IMG/VR virus record: IMGVR_UViG_3300030376_004022
Coordinates: 1-36,401 of that record
From: a virus
Lineage: Duplodnaviria > Caudoviricetes
DNA: 36,401 bases
Strand: one strand, 5' to 3'
A model generated the notes under the pieces. It was not told the DNA's origin and did not search any database. It worked only from the letters and a program-made list of their open reading frames with translations. The position numbers and the translations under genes were made by a program. Each line of letters begins with the position of its first letter. Positions within the stretch are counted from its first letter, which is position 1. Shown here in pieces: positions 35,072 through 36,401 of the stretch.

Positions 35072-35364
35072 GCTTTTTTCGCCTTGTTTCGTTTGCTGAT
35101 TGCCGCCGCTTTGCTCTTTGCGTCGGCTTTGGATGAAGCGCCCCACGCGCGGAGAGAAAGAGAGAGACGCGTGGGGCGTCCCTTCGCATCGCGCTCTGGT
35201 CCCTTCATGTTGCCCATACGGGCTAGGAAACTGGCGCGGCGAGGATTGTCGCCTTTCTTGACCGGCGGCTTGAGCGTGCCGCCCTTGTAGCTGGCGCGGC
35301 CTTTGGCGTTTAAGCCGCCTTTCGGATTCTTGCCGGCCTTGCGCTGCCATGCGGGTGTCTTCAC
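35068..35364 (-). CDS. DUF6321-like basic protein
   Basis: AWQRKAGKNPKGGLNAKGRAS...RRASFLARM...SLRAWG. Confidence 0.7.
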   Translation of the reverse strand: MKTPAWQRKAGKNPKGGLNAKGRASYKGGTLKPPVKKGDNPRRASFLARMGNMKGPERDAKGRPTRLSLSLRAWGASSKADAKSKAAAISKRNKAKKA

Positions 35365-35489
35365 TTGCCCTGACCTCTATATCGCTTCCGTGTGTTTCCG
35401 CGCCGGGTGAGACGAGAGCGCACCGAGTTGCCGATGCACGTCTTTTTCCTGATGCGTACAGGGGGTGGAGCTGACTTAGTCTTAGCCAC
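35361..35489 (-). CDS. Small basic protein ending KRYRGQGK (42 aa)
   Basis: GTG start with GAGG RBS; stop overlaps the next start. Confidence 0.6.
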   Translation of the reverse strand: MAKTKSAPPPVRIRKKTCIGNSVRSRLTRRGNTRKRYRGQGK

Positions 35490-35622
35490 GATGAGCCTCA
35501 GTTGTGGACGTATTATGTACTATGGAACGGCGCCCGATTTGCTTGGGGGGTGGGGGGGGGTCGCTAGGAAATTCGCACCTATCGGCACACCTTTCTGGCA
35601 GCATATCCGAACGAATGACCGC

Positions 35623-35635
35623 TAACCCATTGATA
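35623..35635 (-). promoter_or_regulatory. IHF consensus site downstream of terS
   Basis: TATCAATGGGTTA matches WATCAANNNNTTR. Confidence 0.5.
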
Positions 35636-35733
35636 TCATTGAGCTGACCTTCGGATTATGTATCAGAAAAATAAAATAAAAAAAGATTTGGGGGGGGTCA
35701 CGCGCGTATTGATAGCAACGTCAGACTCTAACG

Positions 35734-36219
35734 CTAACGGGTGTTTTCACCACCATCGCTGACCAGCTTCACTACCTCCGCTGGCTCGGTCTTGCCTTGC
35801 TCCTGCTCATCCGGCACGGCTCCCCACACCAGCGTCACCGGACCGTTCTGCTGCTCGATGTCTTCCTTCTTATGACGCACGCCACGGGGCTGCATCTTCG
35901 CAAACGTCCACTTCTTGGTGTCAACCTCAAGCCGACGACGCTGCACCTCGGCGTTCATGTATCGAGGGTCCATGTCAGTTGGCAGCGGAGACGCCGCCAG
36001 GTCATGCATTTCGTCGCTCAGAACCTCGGCGCCGATCGCTCTCGCCCGGCTGTACATATCAAACAGGTCTTCATCACGCTGCACCGCCTTCAGCACGGTG
36101 ACCCAGTGCGGCATGTTCTCGCCCTTGTCACACACGGACCGCAGCGACTTGCCCTTCGCAAGTTCGTCGCAAACCTCCTGCATCTTCGACTTCGTGACCT
36201 TGAACCGCTTGGTCATCAT
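35734..36219 (-). CDS. terS: Terminase small subunit (Sf6-like)
   Basis: EVCDELAKGKSLRSVC...MP...YSRAR...RRLEVDTKKW..AKMQPR. Confidence 0.85.
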   Translation of the reverse strand: MMTKRFKVTKSKMQEVCDELAKGKSLRSVCDKGENMPHWVTVLKAVQRDEDLFDMYSRARAIGAEVLSDEMHDLAASPLPTDMDPRYMNAEVQRRRLEVDTKKWTFAKMQPRGVRHKKEDIEQQNGPVTLVWGAVPDEQEQGKTEPAEVVKLVSDGGENTR

Positions 36220-36227
36220 CCACCCAT

Positions 36228-36249
36228 AAAAAAACCCGCCGAAGCGGGT
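36228..36249 (-). terminator. Terminator immediately upstream of terS
   Basis: ACCCGC-TTCG-GCGGGT followed by a T run. Confidence 0.65.
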
Positions 36250-36277
36250 GATTGGCGTCAGAACGCCACCATACAAA

Positions 36278-36307
36278 AAAATACCCACATTTAGTGTGCA
36301 TCGTCAA
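36278..36307 (-). promoter_or_regulatory. Putative late promoter
   Basis: TTGACG-N18-TATTTT right after the DUF6362-like stop codon. Confidence 0.45.
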
Positions 36308-36316
36308 CACTTAATA

Positions 36317-36401
36317 CTACATCTTGTACCACAGCTCTAAAATAGCCCGCTCGAACCGCCTTTTCGCCGTCGCCGGGTGACAGCCCGCCATACCCGCCAC
36401 A
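36317..36401 (-). CDS. 3' part of the DUF6362-like regulator
   Basis: VAGMAGCHPATAKRRFERAILELWYKM*, an HTH-like segment in frame with 1-341 after merging the 9-bp overlap. Confidence 0.75.
   Translation of the reverse strand, partial: VAGMAGCHPATAKRRFERAILELWYKM
36393..36401. repeat. 9-bp terminal direct repeat, right copy
   Basis: Identical to 1-9. Confidence 0.85.

Overview
The window looks like a complete, circularly permuted genome (about 36.4 kb) of a temperate podovirus-like phage, probably infecting an alphaproteobacterium (inferred from gene families and the tRNA-type att site). The first and last 9 nt are identical (CCCGCCACA), and merging them restores one continuous ORF. Modules: (i) replication/recombination/DNA modification on the minus strand (Toprim primase-helicase, C5 methyltransferase, PAPS-reductase-like protein, Cas4-like nuclease, SSB, Sak4-like ATPase, Holliday junction resolvase); (ii) a cro/cI switch with a short rightward operon; (iii) a tyrosine integrase operon and an intact attP matching the 3' half of tRNA-Thr(UGU), flanked by two IHF consensus sites; (iv) lysis genes; (v) a T7/BPP-1-like virion module from tail fibre to terminase. 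The most striking feature is a very small (194 nt), ORF-less group I intron of the IC3 (bacterial tRNA intron) type interrupting the major capsid protein gene, so full-length capsid protein should require self-splicing. Also notable: a probable second gene nested in another frame of the methyltransferase, a GCGCA-rich candidate origin, RBS-occluding hairpins and a lambda PR'/tR'-like late control region. All calls come from reading motifs by eye; no database searches were run.
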